Positions 60,893 to 63,962 of a DNA stretch of 63,962 nucleotides are shown piece by piece. Source of the DNA: an uncultured Akkermansia sp. (GTDB taxonomy: Bacteria; Verrucomicrobiota; Verrucomicrobiia; Verrucomicrobiales; Akkermansiaceae). The number at the start of each line of letters is the position of its first letter. The first letter of the stretch is position 1. The stretch lies in the NCBI GenBank assembly GCA_964370895.1, contig CAYJLR010000001.1, forward strand, positions 1-63,962. Direction: 5' to 3'. Made by a program: the position numbers and the translations under genes. The notes below the pieces were generated by a model, which was not told the DNA's origin, did no database searches, and saw only the letters and a list, made by a program, of their open reading frames with translations.

Positions 60893-62290
60893 TTATTTAT
60901 TAATAGTGTAGCTACCCTTCAGCTTGATAACAGTAGCGATCTTGTCAAATTTCATATCCTTCACATCTAGGACAAGCCCAGAAGCATCATTCTTCCAGCT
61001 CAGCTTCCCATGATCAGCCAGTAGAGGAGCGATACTCGCATTCTCTGCGACACTGCATGGAAGTGTGATTGTGCCGGACTCAGGCTTTTCGTAAACGATG
61101 AGATAGAGAGTGTCGTCACCCTTGCGCGTCACGCGTCCCCACTTCAGCTCTGCCGCGAAGGGGTTAGCCTCTGTACCGTAGATAGCCTCAGCATTTGGCT
61201 TCAACCATGATCCTATGGTCTTGAAGATTTCGATACTTGCTTCAGGGATAGAGCCATCTGGCTTTGGTCCTATATTCAGCAGGTAGTTTCCACCGCGGCT
61301 GACGATATCGATGAGCTCGCGTGTGACAGCTTCGCCAGTACGCCACTTATTATTCGCAGCAGAGTAGCCCCATGTGCCGTTGAGTGTGTTGCACACTTCC
61401 CAGTCACCATCCACTCCCTGTGCAGGAATATAATGCTCAGGAGTCGTGAAGTCACCCATGTGGATAGGTGTAGGACGGAACTCATCAGCCTTCATGCTCT
61501 GACCTATGCAGTAGAGTCGATTATTCTGAATAGCCTTCGGATGATGCTTGAAGAGTGTGTCCATAAGATTCGTCGCGCCCCATGCCTTGTCACCTTGGAA
61601 GGGAATACTGCTGAAGTCCCACCAGATGATGTCTGTAGGATAGCGGCTCACGAGACGCTCGAAGAGATCATGCAGATGCTTCTTGAAGCGTTCATGATTG
61701 CCAAACTGACGGCGTCCTTCCTTCTGAGCTGTTATATTTCCCTGTGGGTAAGAAATATCAGTGCCTGTTGGGTCATAGTCTGGGTGATTCCAGTCGATCA
61801 CAGAGAAGTAGTAGCCGGTCTTCAGGCCGTACTTCTTCGTAGCTTCGGAGAACTCCTTCACAATATCAACGCCATTTTCCTCGACGCTATTGAGTTTAGA
61901 TATACCTGTCGTGTCGTAGAGGTTGAAGCCCTCATGATGACGTGTTGTCATGACGATATACCCACAGCCTGCCTCTTCAGCGAGCTTCACCCACTCCGTG
62001 GCATTACCTGCCTTGTAATTGAACTTCGGAAGAGCTTCTGCGAAGTACTTGTCAGTCTCGGTTCCTGTGTACTGCTGAATCCATTCTACACAGCCATCTA
62101 TCTTCTTTCCACCTATCTCACCAGCAAGACCTGAGTAGAGGCCATAGTGGATGAACATGCCAAACTTCGCATCGCGCCACCACTCCATACGCTCCTCGCG
62201 ATTCGTTTCAGCCTGAGCTGGAACGCGAGCATGAAGGGTCATAGGGCAAAGGGCGGAAAGAGACAAAACTAAAAGAGGAAGTATCTTCAT
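60893..62290 (-). CDS. Alpha-L-fucosidase, GH29
   Basis: WWRDAKFGMFIHYG, RHHEGF, IWWD, VSRGGNYLLNIGP. Start set at ATG 62290, 6 nt from TGcTATAGT. Confidence 0.95.
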   Translation of the reverse strand: MKILPLLVLSLSALCPMTLHARVPAQAETNREERMEWWRDAKFGMFIHYGLYSGLAGEIGGKKIDGCVEWIQQYTGTETDKYFAEALPKFNYKAGNATEWVKLAEEAGCGYIVMTTRHHEGFNLYDTTGISKLNSVEENGVDIVKEFSEATKKYGLKTGYYFSVIDWNHPDYDPTGTDISYPQGNITAQKEGRRQFGNHERFKKHLHDLFERLVSRYPTDIIWWDFSSIPFQGDKAWGATNLMDTLFKHHPKAIQNNRLYCIGQSMKADEFRPTPIHMGDFTTPEHYIPAQGVDGDWEVCNTLNGTWGYSAANNKWRTGEAVTRELIDIVSRGGNYLLNIGPKPDGSIPEASIEIFKTIGSWLKPNAEAIYGTEANPFAAELKWGRVTRKGDDTLYLIVYEKPESGTITLPCSVAENASIAPLLADHGKLSWKNDASGLVLDVKDMKFDKIATVIKLKGSYTINK

Positions 62291-62471
62291 TTTCAAACTA
62301 TAGCAAAATCACTCATTCATTGTCTATATAAATTTCAATTTTCCTGCCATCTGCTATCTGATGGTGGGCATACGCTCGTTAGAAGTAAATGTAGGTTCTT
62401 ACAAAAAATAACTTGCTCAGTATAATCATTTCAAGTACAGTTATAAATGTAACTTCAATACGATACAAGAC

Positions 62472-63215
62472 ATGAAACATCTTCTAAATAAACGTGTCCT
62501 CATTACAGGTGGCGCGCATGGAATAGGAAAAGCTCTCGTGCAGGGCTTCACCGCGGCTGGCGCTCAGGTACACTTTTTCGACATCGCGGAAGACGCCGGA
62601 CAAGCCGTCGCAGCAGAAACAGGCGCGACCTTTTACACGCTTGATGCAGGCGATGCTGAGGCGGTTGATGCATTCATGCAGCAGCTCTTTGCTAATATAG
62701 GTGATATAGATATTATCATCAACAATGTCGGAATATCCGAAGGTCTCCCCCTCACTGAGACCAGCATAGAACGCTTCAAGTACATTCTAGACGTGAATCT
62801 CACCAGCGCCTTCGTCACCTCACGCGCATTGGCTCGTCATCGCAACAGTCCTGAGGCGAAGGAGCGCTACGGACGCATTATCAACCTCTGCTCCATTCGT
62901 CACATCGTAGGCGATCCCAATTGGGAAGCTTACAATGCCTCAAAGGGCGGGATCAAGTCCCTCACCTATTCGCTCGCGCTCTCCCTGCGGGAGTACAATA
63001 TCACCGTGAATTGCCTCTCACCCGGCTGGATTCACACGGGTGACCCCAGTGATATCAGTACTGCATCTCATACTGCTCATCCTTCACGCCGCGTAGGCGC
63101 TCCGAGAGACATCATGCACACTATCGCCTTCCTCACGCAGCCTGAAAGTGAGTTCATCAATGGAGAGGACATACTCATCGATGGCGGACTCTCTCACATG
63201 ATTTATGATATTTAG
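62472..63215 (+). CDS. Short-chain dehydrogenase/reductase
   Basis: TGGAHGIG, YNASK, SPGWI. Confidence 0.92.
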   Translation: MKHLLNKRVLITGGAHGIGKALVQGFTAAGAQVHFFDIAEDAGQAVAAETGATFYTLDAGDAEAVDAFMQQLFANIGDIDIIINNVGISEGLPLTETSIERFKYILDVNLTSAFVTSRALARHRNSPEAKERYGRIINLCSIRHIVGDPNWEAYNASKGGIKSLTYSLALSLREYNITVNCLSPGWIHTGDPSDISTASHTAHPSRRVGAPRDIMHTIAFLTQPESEFINGEDILIDGGLSHMIYDI

Positions 63216-63508
63216 AATAAGTGATAAGAAGTGAATATGCCAGTGAGGAGTTTCGCATATTATCGAGCACAAGTGAGCCACTATTTAGATAAAATTAAGA
63301 CCTAATACCATAATCAACGTAAAACAGAAATATGTATTTAGTTTAAACTGTTAGATTTTCACACAAGCGCTTAACTCTTCTAAATTAGAGCAAATGATTA
63401 ACCTTATTATGACATAAGTTGAGCTAATGAAATCTTGACTTGAGAGATTCTATGTGTTAGTGTTTATGAGTGCTTGCATGAAGCAGGTGCAAATTATATT
63501 TACATAAA

Positions 63509-63685
63509 ATGAAAACAATTCTTGCCTTAGCGGCTATTAGCATGGTTGGTTTGAGCTACGCAGCTCCTATCAATGTCGATCTTCTCAACTGCAATCACTG
63601 CAAGTGCGGTAGCAGCGAATCTGATTCCAAGTGCGACACGCACGTCGGTGAAAAAGCTCCTAAAAAAGCAAAGAAAAAGAGCTAA
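63509..63685 (+). CDS. 58-aa secreted Cys/His-rich small protein (not in ORF track)
   Basis: MKTILALAAISMVGLSYA-APINVDLLNCNHCKCGSSESDSKCDTHVGEKAPKKAKKKS. Signal peptide, promoter-like TTGACT near 63436, downstream terminator. Confidence 0.75.
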   Translation: MKTILALAAISMVGLSYAAPINVDLLNCNHCKCGSSESDSKCDTHVGEKAPKKAKKKS

Positions 63686-63709
63686 TCCCCGCTCACTATA
63701 GCTTTACAC

Positions 63710-63778
63710 AGCCACCTACTACAGTTCTACATTCTCTTGAGTTATCAACGAGAATAGAACGTAGAGGTGGCTTTTTTT
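63710..63778 (+). terminator. Long-stem intrinsic terminator
   Basis: AGCCACCT...AGGTGGCT closes an extended imperfect stem (GTTCT/AGAAC, ATTCTC/GAGAAT), followed by a T-run. Confidence 0.8.
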
Positions 63779-63816
63779 GCATCTGATAACTCACTCACAA
63801 ACTACCCCTTACTGGC

Positions 63817-63962
63817 ATGCTAGATGATATCTTACAAGAAGTCCTAGAAGGATTCATGAAACGCTTCATATACGACAGCAAGGCACGCCATAATAAACAG
63901 CTCAATAAAGAACGCGAGCAGATGACATCATCAGAAAAAGCAGCCTGCCGCATGGTCTATAC
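63817..63962 (+). CDS. Hypothetical protein, 3'-truncated by the window edge
   Basis: Open frame MLDDILQEVLEGFMKRF... runs to the end of the window. Confidence 0.45.
   Translation, partial: MLDDILQEVLEGFMKRFIYDSKARHNKQLNKEREQMTSSEKAACRMVY

Noticed and set aside
63216..63280. AGTGA repeats after the SDR stop as a fourth phased array
   Set aside because: Units are too degenerate and the spacing (10-12 bp) does not match the 20-21-bp period.

Overview
A 64-kb, roughly 50% GC bacterial chromosomal segment made mostly of core and mucin-foraging genes. Gene content suggests Verrucomicrobiota, Akkermansia-like (inference): GH20, GH29, GH95, a Ser-type sulfatase, an A2M-PBP1C pair, a GldA/F/G-like ABC system, DacA and DciA. 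I found no CRISPR array, prophage, transposase, rRNA or tRNA. The most interesting signals are non-coding or lie in ORFs too short for the supplied track. (1) Three homologous intergenic arrays of a DnaA-box-like 9-mer (TTATTCACA), phased every 20-21 bp and each just after a stop codon. (2) At least eight genes whose sigma70-type -10 box lies 6-7 nt from the start codon, which implies widespread leaderless mRNA. (3) A 29-aa Trp leader peptide (WAWR) with a terminator ahead of trpE. (4) A 53-aa membrane peptide resembling only the TM anchor of CdaR, between dacA and bioD. (5) A 58-aa secreted Cys/His-rich peptide with its own promoter and terminator. (6) A compact cobalamin riboswitch upstream of a BtuB-like receptor. 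(7) A stand-alone AP2-domain protein, a MutL with degenerate endonuclease motifs, and an orphan adenine methyltransferase. All calls come from reading motifs by eye; no database searches were run.
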